Positions 12,454 through 26,135 are shown, counted from the stretch's first letter. The stretch is 64,000 nt of DNA from Setoptus koraiensis (GCA_048013815.1 CM106586.1:5766001-5830000), one strand, 5' to 3'. Notes: generated by a model from the sequence alone, not told the origin. Program-made: numbers and translations.

Positions 12454-15094
12454 CTTCTCCTACTATTAGCGTCCGATGATTATGGGTTGTAATCTTTAGT
12501 GCACACAATGAAAATGATGACAGTGATAATAAGAAGCTCGAAGATAGCGGTAATCTTGGATAGTGGATTTTTGGCTTGTATGTTGATCCAAAGTTGATAT
12601 AAGCACCGATGTCGATGATGATGTCACAAGAGGCAAAAAATAGCTTTCTGATATGATCTGATATATAGATGATGGTGGTCATCGTAAAGTTGTCACTGCA
12701 TCGAACAGGATATAACATCCGCGCTCTAATGGATGAGACGCGTTTATCAATCCGATTTACAATCTGTTTTCGGGATAACGAAAACAAAAATTTAGAGTCA
12801 GATTCAACGTTGCAAATGAAAAAATTAATATGTATATGCTTTTATCGTTCGGATCACGCAACCCTTGGGAGCCCTTTACACCCTCATATAGAGCCATACC
12901 GAATGCGACAATCCAGTGGATTGTGCAGTCTTTGGTAGATATTAAGATCTTTAAATGCTGGATGTGCTCGTCTGAGTTTCTGACTTGTTGACACATCGCG
13001 CTGGAAAGTTGTTCTTAAAAGATCTACAATATCGTATACATGTAGCCTGATGCAGTCGATGTGAGGCTAGCTGGAACTGTCGAATCACATAACTAGGTGT
13101 CTGTCTGACCAAGATCAGTCGATAATATACTAAAGCTTGTCTGTGGCTTTTTCTCTTGGAAGTGTTCGAATCACCAAGTTATAAAAAAATCTGTAGAACG
13201 AGCGCGAAAAACTTCTGAAACATATATCCGGTCAACCGTTCTTTGGCTCGGAGTGATTCTTGAAAAATTCTTTTTTTTACTCACCTAAACTTTTGACGAT
13301 GTCGACTGTTTTGCACGATTTAGCTATTGTTTGGCTGATCCTGGGGACTGGTTCATTTTGAGTATCATGTTAGAGTATGGATTTTGTCTTTGTTGAGTCC
13401 GGTGAGCACATAGAGAGTTTTGTTTGTGTAATATTTAGTCGCGAATGCTGTCAGTGAAACGTAACTTATTGGCGAACGCAATTCTACAGGACTCTCGATA
13501 CATGATTCTGCAACTAGGTAGATAATGCAAAATTAATCAATTTCGTCGGTATGCAACCCGATGGCGCAAACAAGAAGTGATAAAACTTTTGTAACTAGTG
13601 CTTGTTGTGCTCAATATTTGAGGAATTGGCTTCAATAGGGGAAATAGGAAACAAAAACAACAACTTTGTAACAATAATAATAATAACTATATGCTTTCAG
13701 GAAATAGACCAAAAAGTTGTTGGTGTTGTTGTTGTGCTTATAATTGTTTTGCGATGACTTTCGTTGACAGTTACTTGGGCGCTTCAATTTTTTCAGTGTA
13801 TTGATGTAATGTCCATCGATGGCTAGTGGCTTTTCAATGAAGTTTCACATTGTTATTGTTGTGCATTATTGAACAGCAACAACAGCGACTTATTTATTTG
13901 ATTCGTTTGTCGTCTTCGGAATGGTGATGATGCTGCTGTCTAAAATCATAACTAGGGATGACGGCTGCTGATGGACAAGTGCAACTGCCATTAGAACAAT
14001 AACAATTGGCTCGCTCGGTGATCAAACACTGGACACTTGCACTGTCCATAGTATGGTGCTGTCTCGCCAGCAGCGTCTCCCTAGACAAACTATTACTATT
14101 TGTTATTCACTATTGACTGTTTGTATTGACTGAGTGGTCTGTTCGCCATCCTCTCTTCCATAGATGGCCGCTCATTTATGATCGATTGTCTATGCCTATG
14201 CAACAGCAACCACAACTCTCTCTCTACTGAACGGGCTTATTGCAGCACTTCTTTATTACTCTCTCTCTCTTCTATTATTATTATTCCATCATTACTGTTG
14301 TTGTTATTATTGTCGGTGTATATGTATGAGTGTGTGTGTGTTTTTGTTCTAACGGTGATGGTGTTGGTTGTGAGTATGATTGGTGCAATTCCGCATACAA
14401 CAATATTACCTGAAGCATCTTCACTAGCAGCTATCTTTCTGTTGGACTGACCAACCTGTTGCTGGTGTTGCTGTTGCGATTCACCACGCATCATTTTATT
14501 GATGCCGCAACCACTGTTTGTGTGTTTGTTCGTGTCGTTAGTATAAACAACATTATGACAACAATAAGGCATAAAGGGGCGCTTACTTTGCATGGTGCCA
14601 TGCGTTGCATGTCTCAATCTGGTGCTGCGAGAGAGCCGCAAGTTTGACACTTGTTGCTGTCAGACTTTATCCATGCTAATGCTACTGCCTTGCCATACCT
14701 TGTGAGCTACCTCGTAAGAGTCAACCCTGTGGACTCAGGTGAGCGAGATGCGGACAAACAGACCAACGGACAGACACTCTCACTACAATTTTGCGTAACA
14801 TTACAATTCGTCTGTTCTCGCTATTCAACGGCCAACTGTGAGTAATGTTAAGCTACGTTAGATGTGCAAACTTGAAATTCATTTAGCGTTGCTAACGTCA
14901 TTGTTGTTGCCGTTGCTGCTGCCATTGTCCCTCCCATCTAGCTACAACTTTCTCTGTTGTTGGGCTAGCCAGCCTAAACTAGACTATTGTGTTCTAGGGA
15001 GGTGGACACTATAAGGGAGGCACACGAATAGTTTTTCGTGTAGGCAACAGTAACAGATGGAGAGGAGTGTCCACTTTCACCTGATAACAAGCCT

Positions 15095-15121
15095 CACACA
15101 CACACACACACACACACACAC
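15095..15121. repeat. (CA)n microsatellite
   Basis: Uninterrupted CA run. Similar CA/TG and CAA/GTT runs occur throughout the non-coding regions, e.g. about 44302-44321, 51069-51089 and 39851-39890. Confidence 0.9.
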
Positions 15122-17921
15122 TCGCCGTTATGTAACACTGACCACTTGCATTGATCACGTTTGCTGCCTGCATGACTGTGTATGCTGCACGACGACAACA
15201 GCTGATTTGATCATGTGTGAGGCCGCTATTAACTGTCATCGAGCTTGCTGTGTTGCATCATCTAATTGTCGTCGTCGGTGTATGTGTGTTTGATTGTGTG
15301 TGGCTTATTGTAACATCGGTGGCGACGACACACGACACACAAGCTGTTGTGTGTGTGTGTATAAAAATAGCTCATATCAAATTGATCGGCCACAATAACG
15401 GTTACCGCAGCAACAACTTTCCCGGCCAATGTGTCATATCGCACACTTGTGACCCTCACACAAACACACGCACACACACACACGATGCAAGCAAGAGTGA
15501 AGAGTTGACATTTGTTGTGCTGACAAGGCAAACAATTGGCCCGTTGTATCACGCTTACGCTTGCGCCAAAATTGGAGCAAGGCCAGTGTCCAGTGTCTTC
15601 ACGACGATGATCAGCCGCTGATAACGAGATGACCAATAATAGTGACAGACAGAGAAAGCGCTGGTTGGGCGCGTGAAGGTTAAAAGTCGTGCCATGCGTT
15701 AAGTACATGCACAAACGACAACAACAACAGCAGCAGCAACAACAATGACATTGGCTAGACAATGTCATGATGATAATGTTGCAAGTGCGCGCTTACAGTC
15801 GTGCCTGGCTTGCGCGGTCATAGTTCATCGATCACCAAACCAACAATCAGTGTGCTAACCAGTGTGGTCTGCAAACAATCGACAAATACACAAATTGAAC
15901 CATGAGCAAGCCAATGTGTCAGCAGCCCATACAAAGGGCAACACGGTGGCAAGACACGACCAGATCTAAAATGAAATAAGTAGAGGCTTATTTGGGGGTC
16001 AACTACTGTGTGTTTTGTTGGCCGGCCAAAGTGAGCCAGTTACAGCAGGCTATAAGCGGCTCTCCAGCGAACATTCCTAAAATATTATAATTGCCTCTCG
16101 AGCGATGTGCCCCAAATAGCTCGCCAATCAGGCCTGATTGTTGCCAATTTTCGCCACGATTGGCCACAATCAGCCTCGATCAGCCTCAATCAGCTACGAT
16201 CGCTGAGACATGCGTCATGACATTCTTTCGTTGGAACTGTCATGACTCTCGCGTTAATGTACCGATGGGATGCTCAGGTAACCAAATCAACGAGCAACAG
16301 GTGACCAAATCACCGTCACTGGCGACTATCTTACAGGTATAGGTAGAACATTCAAAATTCAAGATGAAGGCAATCAAAACGGGTCGCTGTCGCAGAGCTT
16401 CTTCCTGACTCATCACCGGCATAATACCCGTACAATGCCAAACAAGCAGCGAGTTGGTCACTTCCGAGCTGCTGATTGGTGTCAGACATGCAAATTGAGA
16501 TATGACAAAACAGTTAGTTAGTTGCCAGTATCAATTGTCGGCTCTGTCTCATCCACGAACAAACACTCTCCGCTTGACCATTACACCCACACCCATCACC
16601 ATTTAAATTGTTTGCATTAATTTGCCCACTTTGTGTCGCTGTCGCTGTTGTTGTTGTGTGTGCCTTATGGGAGATATCAGATATCTGCTCAGATATTAAA
16701 TAGCCTTATATATGCATAACGTTCTAATGGGTGGATTGTTAGCAGAGGCAAAAATTTGTGTTAGTGTGTACGCAGACCTAAAATCGCCTTTTATGCAAAC
16801 AATTTTCAACAATCGGCAACAACAAGTGTAAAATTGTCTGCTAAAATGTCCACTCAATCGACTGTGATGGAATAACCAACACGACACCAATAAACACACA
16901 AATTCTCATAGAATGTGTGTTGTGTAACTCGTTCAAACGTCAACACCTTTATCTATGATCTACACTGACTAGACGAATAATAGAAATACCATGGTATAGC
17001 TAGTAGATAATACAACAAGAAGAAGCTTCTCTATCAAGGTAACAACTTGATTCATACACTCAACTGAACTTTGACACACACCTCTACATAATGCAAGTAA
17101 CATTTCACCCAGCACTCACTGCCACTGGCCACACTAACCACTCGAGTGAGCGAGTATTGTCAATCACGTAACTGTCAACCATTGTTTGTTTGCCATTATT
17201 ATTATATTATTATTCTAATATCTATCATTCCTTTATGCATAAATGAATAAATAATAAAACAAACCAGCACAACAACAACTTTCATTGTGTGCCCAACAAC
17301 TACTGCCAAGCAGACCAAACATACGCTCGTTATGCAAACGACAACAACAATATCACCGTGATTTACTTTCTTCTCCACTTTCTTTGCCATCATTCATCCT
17401 TTTATCTATTAACATTTGTTAGCGCAATCTTATCTTGTCACTTGCAACATGCGACAACCTGCTGCATTTTCAGTGCGATCTGGTGAGTGACCTTTGGCCA
17501 AAGGTCCATTTTAGTAGCCGAACTGGCCCAATATACCATTGCATCGTCTACCAAATCACTGGCCTTTCTGTATGACACAATTTGTCTATCGAAATTTGTA
17601 GCCCTCTTGTTGTCGCGGTTAAACTATGTTTGCTAGATATACTTTGCTCAATCACTCGTTCACAGATAACAATCGATCTGGTCAGAGTAATCATCAATAA
17701 TCGTCATTAATCATCAAGTAACTCTTCTGTCTTATTTTGTACCACATCATGCTACGTAGAGAAGATGGACCACACCTAACTGCGCCAATCAAGTTAAACA
17801 AGTCAACCAGTGGATATTATTGGAAAATATGTAAAACCCATGAAAAATTCACGTGATACTGTGATACATGTAGTGCAGTGATATATATATATTATATATT
17901 TAATAGTTATGACTAGCATAA

Positions 17922-19855
17922 TCATTTGAGTAGAGACTCAATAATTCTACTGAGCAGCTCGTACGCTGCAACCAATATGTTGTAACTGGAGCGTCTAGGA
18001 ACTAATTCCTGTCCATTCAGTCCATGGGCCAAGTCCTTGATGTCATGCCTGACTTGAGCCTCGACGCGGCGTCGCTTTCTCCTGTTGTCGGCTGTATGAT
18101 AATTGAATATAACACAAGATATTATATACATGGATGATTTAGACATAGATAGTTTAGTTATACAGATAGTGTAGATATGGATAATAGTGGAATAGAAGGG
18201 AACGAGAGATGACGATTGGTCGGAGCTGACAGAGTTTTAAACAACGATGTTAGAGTAATTGAGCCTCACTTACAAAGAGTGTCTGTTTCATCGTTTATCT
18301 CCACTTGGAGCACCTCCTCAATGACATCCTCCAATGTAACCACGCCAATCGCCTCGTAATACTTGTCCAGTTCCCCATCGTCATAGATTTGTCTCACTAT
18401 GGCCATGTGTGATTTGCCTCCCTTAAATTCATTCAGTGCCATATCTAGCGTTACGTGGTCCTCTACAAACAACAGCGGATGTCTACAATATTGAACCATT
18501 GTCTCCACTGGAGTCTTGTCATCCGGATCTAGTAGAGCAAGATCTTTGGCAAGTAATAGTGCCACTATTTTTCGACGATCATTGGCCTCGTAGACGGGAA
18601 CTCTACTATAGCCCTTATGTATAATAGATTCAATTGTTTGTAAATCTAATTGGCATTGTAACGGCAACATAAACACATCCTCGATGCGCGTCATTATTTC
18701 GCTAACCTTGATCTTTTTCAATTTCAATGCCCCAGATATAATGGCCACCTCATCGGATCCCAGCTGAGTATGATGGCCAGTGATCTTGATAAATTCCATT
18801 AGACGCTCTCTGTCATACACGTGCCCATTCTCTTCGCCCAATACCCAATCTAATAAGCGCGATATTGGATATGATAGGGGGAAAGTGATAATCATAAATA
18901 AATAAGTTAGAAATATAGTACGAGCACCTATCTCCAATCCCTTTCTCGCACACAATGCTTGCGGCACTATTTCGCCCAAAATAACAATGGCCAGCGTAGA
19001 GCCGATAACGGCCACCAAGCCACTGGAAAGATCCTCCAGAATTACGGTCAATGATGAGTTGACCATGACGTTGCCCAGTAGTAGTGAACACAGTAGAAAG
19101 TTGCCACGTTTCCTAAGTGGTTGTATGGTACGTGCAAAGGACTTTTCACGATCTGAGCCAGACGCGCTAATGACGGCCAACTCATTCATGTCCAGCGACA
19201 TTAGACCCAGATTGAGGCCAGAGGTAACCGCAGACAAAACCAGTAGAACAATTATCAATAGTATCTCGTATGTGACAGTTACAATAGGCTGTTCTACTAT
19301 CATACTTAGGTAATATTTTTCGCCCTGGTGCACCCAATTGGTTGACTCATTTGTTGATCTTTGCTTGATACAAAAATAGTAACGATTTTCATCTTTAGTT
19401 GGCGGCAATATAACAACAAATCTGATCATATTAGGACTGACTAAGTTGTCCTCCTTCAATTGATAGCTTGCCACTCTATCCAGGTCAGTACAATCATCGT
19501 TGATCCCATCATCACCGTTGGGTTTAGCTATCTCCATGGTAAAAGCAATTATCGTTTCGAAGTTAAAGTTTAATCCAAATAGTGTCAGATGTATTGGCTT
19601 CTCAGAATCCATGACTGTGATACCTTCATCATTAATATACTTGGCATTGTCTCCGCGAAATCCATACAAACGCCGCCTTCGATCAGATGCTTGTAGGTGG
19701 GTTGAAGATGGTGAGCTTGAATCGAGAATAGAATCATTGGCACTAGATATTGTTGTATCATAGAGCTGACAGTCAACAAGAACCAAACTACTAATTAAAA
19801 GAACTGAAGCATATAATTCAATTATAAGCTTTTTATAGACTTTGTTAATATTCAT
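17922..19855 (-). CDS. CNNM: CNNM-family (cyclin M / unextended-like) metal transporter, 583 aa; exons 19855-18274 and 18091-17922
   Basis: Signal peptide and extracellular domain, then DUF21 (SGLNLGLMSLD, LLCSLLLGNVMVN, GEIVPQALC) and a CBS pair (YSRVPVYE, FKGGKSHMAIV, GVVTLEDVIEE). A phase-1 intron at 18273-18092 joins DETDTL to SDNRRKRR, matching the conserved DETD..TDNR segment. Confidence 0.95.
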
Positions 19856-20419
19856 TGTTTCTGTTACGTATCCTATGTGGGTAGATGAAGCGATCGGCGT
19901 AGACGTTTTCAGCCAAACAAATCAGCCAGGTATCGATTGAACTCTGTATGTAGTGTCAATTTTACTGGTTCGATGTCAACTATACGATATTTTAGTGAGT
20001 GATATACAGTCATTGTTTGATTGTGATGCGCTTTTATTGTTTATTATGATCCCATAAATGAGAGCAAACAACATTCACTCCTACTTAATCCCTCCATGGA
20101 TATTTATTAGTTGTATATTACAAATATGATTTGAGCCGGCTTGATTTATAGAATACTTTACACAGTTGTTACAATAACTTGTTGTCATCGACAACCGGAT
20201 GCTAAATGTTTCGTGTAAATCAGAAAGACACATTTTTTGACTAGATCTTTTGATTATCTTGGTTTGTTTTTTCGCTCTTTGAGAGTTGGAGCGGCTTTCG
20301 GCCTTTCGTTAATTGATTTTGTGTAGATGCATACAAGTAGCTAGATTTGGACAATAGCTCGAAATTAGAAAAGTATCACTAACTGGATAACATGTAATGG
20401 GAGAAACAGGCGTCTAATA

Positions 20420-23400
20420 TCAGAGATCATCTGACTCCTTGTCTCGGTCTGTGCAGTTACCATTGATCCTAGAAACGTGATTACGACTACTTCTCCCGAC
20501 ACTATGATTGTTGTTATGGTGATGATGACCATTCATAGCTTGATTAGGCTGCTGACTGTGCCTTCGATAATTATGGTCATGATTAGAGCTAGATCTCCCA
20601 TTTACATTGTGGCCATTGAGGTGCTTGCGCTCTTCATCCTCGATGTTGTCATCACTACTACTAGAACTACTGCTGCTAGAACTGTCGCTGTGGCCGTTCT
20701 CTTTGTGGTGCCTATTATCAGAGGCAAGCTCTCGGTTGATAACATAGACGCCTTCCTCTCCGTCATCTTCATCTGATTCCTCTTCATCTGAGTCTCCATT
20801 TTCTAGAACAATATCCCGACGACTTCCACGCTCGCCGCCATTCGCACCATGGGCATCATCCGAGGAGTGTCTGCTCACGTTACCATTAGTGCTCGGTGTG
20901 ATGTAAGATTGTCCGTGTGCTTCATCAGTGTTCCCGTCAGCATTATCGGTAAGACCATTATCGGTGTCACCTTCGTCATCGGCTCCTGTCTCAATATCAC
21001 AATTGTTTGAGTGTCTAGAATTTCGCGGTGAGCCATTAGTGAGTTTATCTTTCTTTCTCTTTTTATTTCGAGTAAATGTCAGAAAACGTGTCTCCGATGG
21101 TAGTTCAGATCCACTATCACTTTCTCCGCTGTCTAATTCAGTATCGACTTCGTCGTAATCGGGGTCTTCCGTAGTGTGTGAAGGTTGATTATTGGATGAA
21201 TTGAAATGTCGAGCGTCGTTCTCCTGGTGATGATGCCCATTGACTAAGATGGGTCTGTGCTTGTGATTGTTGACAATATTAGGATTACTGTTCTTCGAGA
21301 TATTGCTGCTCTTGTGAATATCGGGAACTGCATTTTCACGTAGGTTATTTTTACTTCCGACGATATTATTTGATTTCAAGTTCTTTGGAGGCAGATTTTC
21401 GGATATGTTTGTCGTGCTCCGACGCACTCTTTCTGCGACATAGGGAGTGTTATTTAAATTGTTCTTGCTGGGTCTAGGAGATCTAACTGGTTTGCTGTTG
21501 TCACTAGTAGTTACAATACTATTCATAGTTGAATCACTTGTTTGCTAGATTGATTCAGAATGGATCGTTGGATTTGGAAACAAAGAAAAATGGAATAAAG
21601 TTAGGATATTTTTGGATATAGATAGTTGGTTGACTTTTGGTGCAAACATGTATTCATTCGACTTACTTTTTTTGGAGTAGGAGGTGCGCGAGTCGACATT
21701 CTAGTATAGTCTGGTTTGAGCTTTCTCAGCTCATTTAGGAACTCAGGATGACCCGGCCCAAATACACCTGTGACTGTTGCAAAGTTTTCATAGTTATCTT
21801 CGCCATCATCCCTCGCATCTTCCATTGGTATTGGAGGCAGAGCCATTGGTGGTTTTTGTTTACGTTCATTGATAGCAGACAAAGAAACAGTATCACCGGC
21901 TCCACTGCAGGTCAAAAATTCAAGAAAAGAAACAAAGATTAGTTATATAATTCATTTGGTTTATCAGCTGAATAAACATCGTTCAATATCTAGATACTTA
22001 CTATTTCGAATGATGAGCTCTACCTATTGGAGGTGTATGAGTGTGTGCTACCCTCAAACTGTGACGCGAGTTTATGCTGCGTGTGAAAGAGTCGTCCATA
22101 TTGACGCTGGAAAGCTGGTGGTGATGATTTCTCAGTAGTACTTCGTCTTTTCTTCTTCTTTTATTAGTTCGAGGCTTCCGACGACAACAACAAAAACAGA
22201 AGCAACAAAGACAGCTGACCAAAATAACCATGACAACTGCCGCTAAGCTGTAGAAGAAAATGTAAAATGATTGACGAGGACTGGAATTGGTAAAAAATTA
22301 AAAAAACATTAGTAATAGTGATTGCAGTTTTGCTTATGAAGAAATAATCGGACATGAGTAGTACTCACAAGTCGAAATCAGATGGATCATGAGGTCCTTG
22401 TATTGGTATCGGCGGTATTTGTTCACATCTTAGATCTATGTTGACGAAATGTAAGTCAGACGGACGTACTCCTTCTTTCGAAAGCATAAGTTTTGTGCTG
22501 TCAATCGTTATGTCTTCCAGACATCCGACAAAACCATGTCTCCACAGGGAACCTGCATCAGACGTAGTTGATGAATACAGTAAGAGAATTGATAATTATT
22601 ATTATAGTTGATTGTCGTAAATAATGCCCTGAAGAGCTAAAATACAGATTGAATCAAGATGGCAGGTTTTGATCTCATCGATATACATACCTGTGTCAGC
22701 TTCGGCACCAAAGTAATATTCAAAAACTGGTTCGGCCTCATAAGAAGTTGCTACTGGAGCAAAGGGAGCGGCACCCGAGGCTGTGTAAATAGCATCTACT
22801 GTCAACATATAACTGATACCTCTTCTTTCTAAAGTGAGATCGTGCCATCTACCATCATCGATGGTGATAGATCTGAGCTGAATCAGACCACTTCCACCGC
22901 CTCCTCCCGTCAAATCGAACCGGAAGCGTAGAAAAGAATTTTGAGCATCCAACACGAAGTGTCCGCGACTGTTATTCGAGTATATTAAAACAAATTGCTT
23001 CTGGTATGTTTTGAACCTCAGACTTAGATGATCGAAGGTAGGCTTTGTCGTAATATAACGAATAGAACTTGAGCCCCCAAAGGCTAAAGCATCATGTCTG
23101 TCTTTAGACTTAGACGCCTGGTTTAATGAGTCAATGGGGTCGACATCGGTCACAGAAAAACCTCCCTTTGGTCTAGATTGATCGTTGAGTAGTTTGGGAT
23201 TGTAAAAAATATCTGTGTTGTTGTATGTTGGTCGATTAATAATACTAGAGGAATCAGAGCTTGCGGCAGTGTCTTGAATTATCACAGTTGAAGTAGTAGA
23301 GGATTGTATAGTTGGACTATTTGTGGTTGAGGTTTTCTGAAAGATTGGTGGTCTTGGAGTAACGGTGGTAGAATATTGGGTGCTGAGCTTGGGTGGTTCT

Positions 23401-26135
23401 GTGGGAGGACTAATTATCTGCACGATAACAGTAGCGACAGAGTCACTTGTTAAGGAAGGTGTTCCAAGATCGTGTGCAAATATTGTGAATATGACTTCGT
23501 TTGGCAGGTGATAAAGAGGTTTGCTGACATTGATGGTTTGTGTTCTCTGATCAATTACCAAAAATTCTCTTATTGAAGGGATGTTGATGCCATACTCAAT
23601 CAATCCATTGGCGCCAGCATCTAAATCGTAAGCTGCAATCTTTAAAGGTAGCTTCGTTGCAGAATCCAATATCGGATCATTAATTGCAGCTGTCTTGCTC
23701 ACAAATCCACGATATGAACTCACTTTGAATATGGGCTTATTATCGTTGACATCAAGAATGGTGATTCTTACTTTGCATTTTGCTTGTGTTTTACGTTCCA
23801 TCAGTGCTCGATTCGGAGGGCTACTGTCTTCTGCGGAAATTATCAAATCGTAATGCTGTTTCACCTCATAATCAAATACTCTTAGCAATACTAAATCTCC
23901 ATTATTTCCGTTCAAAATGAAGGTGTTGTCGTCATTTCCCTCCAAGATTGTGTAGTAAAGTGATTGCCCATTTGGTTCACCCGAGGCATTCAATGTTATT
24001 AGTTTGGATTCCGCAGGGGTGTCCTCTCTGAGCTCTATGTGATAGATTTCTTTACTGAATTTAGGCGGGATGTATTTTGGAACCGTCACCGCAACATTAA
24101 CTATGGTGGTGCCATTCAATTGGTTAGGGAAACCGTTATCCTTGGCCATGACCTCAAGTCTGAATTCAGGACTAATATTCGACGATAGATCCTGAAGTTC
24201 ACGCTTGACAAAGAGTGTACCCATGGTGGCGTTGATTCCGAATAAATCCTTTTCATTTCCTGAAACAATACTGTAAGTCAGTTCAGCGTTTCTCCCTACA
24301 TCTAGATCGACAGCTTGTAATTGTATAATGGAAGTTAATAAGGGCGCAGTCTCAGGCACGCGCACTATGTATTCCATTGATAGAAACGAAGGTCTCCAGT
24401 CATTGGAATCTAGGACCTTGACAGTAAGACTGGAAAATGTGCGAAAGTACTCGGTGGAGTATCCAGATTGGGTTATTTGGATGACGATATGGATAGATTT
24501 TGACATTTCATGGTCTAACTGCCTATGTAGTCTAATGATACCACAGCATTCATCGACACTAAAAGCATTTTTAGCGTCGTCAGAGCTTGTTGAATAAATG
24601 GAAAATTTAGCACTCTTTCCATCATAAGCGTCTGCTGATATATCTAATAAGGTAACACTGTCGTTGGCTAGTATAGTTTGGCTTTCGGCCACAGTTATAT
24701 TATGGTAGTTGAAATTGTTTGGAATACTTCGATTCAATAAAGATGTCACTATTGTTAGATTCTGATAACTTTTGGAAAAACCATCGGTTGACATGATTGT
24801 TAGTTTGCTGGACTTGGGTGTTTTGATGGAAGGTTTCTTGGCGATTATGAGAGCACCGTTGCCCATGGTGAAAAATCCATGCTCATTACCAGACACTATG
24901 TGAGGTAAGACGTCCTCTCCATCGATGTCGTTTAGCAAAGCTATTGTGGAACCCGCTTCAGACTCTTCAGAAATATTAAATTCAGTATCGTAAAACATAG
25001 GAATATTGCTAGATGATACTTTTCTAGGATTAATAATCTTGATTATCACTTGTACAGTTGTTTCGAGGTATGGTTCACCATGATCAACAACAGAAATCCA
25101 TAAATCATAGTTGCCTGATAGTTGTCGACTAGAATTCTTCCTATAAATAGTACCAGTGCGATTGTCGATACGGAAGATTTGTTCATTGGTTTCATCATCA
25201 GCAATGAGTGAGAAAGTGAATTCACTATTTTTTCCAGTGTCGGCATCTTTAATTGGTACAGTACAGATGGGAACATTATTTTCGATGTTACTATGAGCTG
25301 AACATCTCCATGGGGCGACAACAGGCTCAGGTTCGTTGTCGTTGGTGTCGAGCACGTCAACAACAATGGGTACTCTAGCCGGCAATCCAATTGGCTGATT
25401 GGATGCGCTAACTTTGTCAATTCTGACATCCAGGATGTAGGAGGTAATGTTTTTGCTGATTAGTCTATTTTTGAGACTAACAATCCCAGTTTTCTTGTCA
25501 ATAGTAAAATATTTCAAATGATTTAGTAGAGAATACTCTAGGGGTGGTTGAATGGCATTTGGTATGTATTGCAGTGAAGCACGAACTTGTATCAATGGTT
25601 GATTCACTGACGAATTTTCATAAACTTGAACTCTATAGAATGGCTTTTCTAAGATAGGTATATCGTCACTTTCATCATTAAGTATAAGAATATTTATCAC
25701 AGTTGTCCAGCTTGCCTCTATGGCGTCTCGGCTAACAGTTGTAACTGTTAGATAGTATTTGGTGGCAATTTCATAATCGAGCACTGTGCCAGTATGAACT
25801 CTTCCCTTGTGGTCAACATGAAATCTACCAATGCCATCTCCGCCAGTGATTGAGAACAACAATTGACTGTTTGATGTAGTTCCAGTGGTGGCATAGAAGG
25901 CCTCCGGTAAAACGATGCTCGTTACGAGGGTGCCCGGCGGAGAGTTCTCTCTGACATTTATGTTGACTATAGTCTGACGTTGTTGTTGTTGCTGTTGTAG
26001 TTGACTGGCGTGTTGTTGGCTGGCATGCTGCAGGATGGGCGAGGCGTAGGCTAGTGAAGCTGACAAGACAAAAGCAACATATACATGTAAGAGGAGAAAT
26101 TTTCTTCTCTTCTTACGTATATTTTCTATACACAT
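20420..26135 (-). CDS. Shortened Fat-like (FAT1/Fat2-kugelei-type) cadherin, about 1756 aa; exons 26135-22691, 22552-22369, 22280-22002, 21904-21667, 21544-20420
   Basis: ATG with a signal peptide, about 8 cadherin repeats (DTNDNEP, DSNDWRP, DVNDNKP, LDHE, FDYE), an S/T/P-rich linker, one LamG (DDGRWH...GFVGCLEDITID), a TM segment (FYIFFYSLAAVVMVILVS), a Cys cluster, a basic stop-transfer segment and a long low-complexity tail. Four GT-AG introns have phases 1, 2, 2, 0, and the 5271 nt total is a multiple of 3. AATAAA lies at 20108-20103. Confidence 0.88.

Noticed and set aside
13160-13180. GTTCGAATC T-loop-like motif (a similar motif occurs at about 5900)
   Set aside because: No D-arm, anticodon arm or acceptor stem, so not a tRNA
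13800-17500. ORFs upstream of the GMC gene (e.g. 15262-15768, 14237-14650)
   Set aside because: Microsatellite-derived poly-C/V/H translations; no CNBH or other domain found
20420-22600. ORFs 20420-21526, 21601-21915 and 22001-22231 as separate genes
   Set aside because: They are exons 3-5 of the Fat-like cadherin, with consistent splice phases
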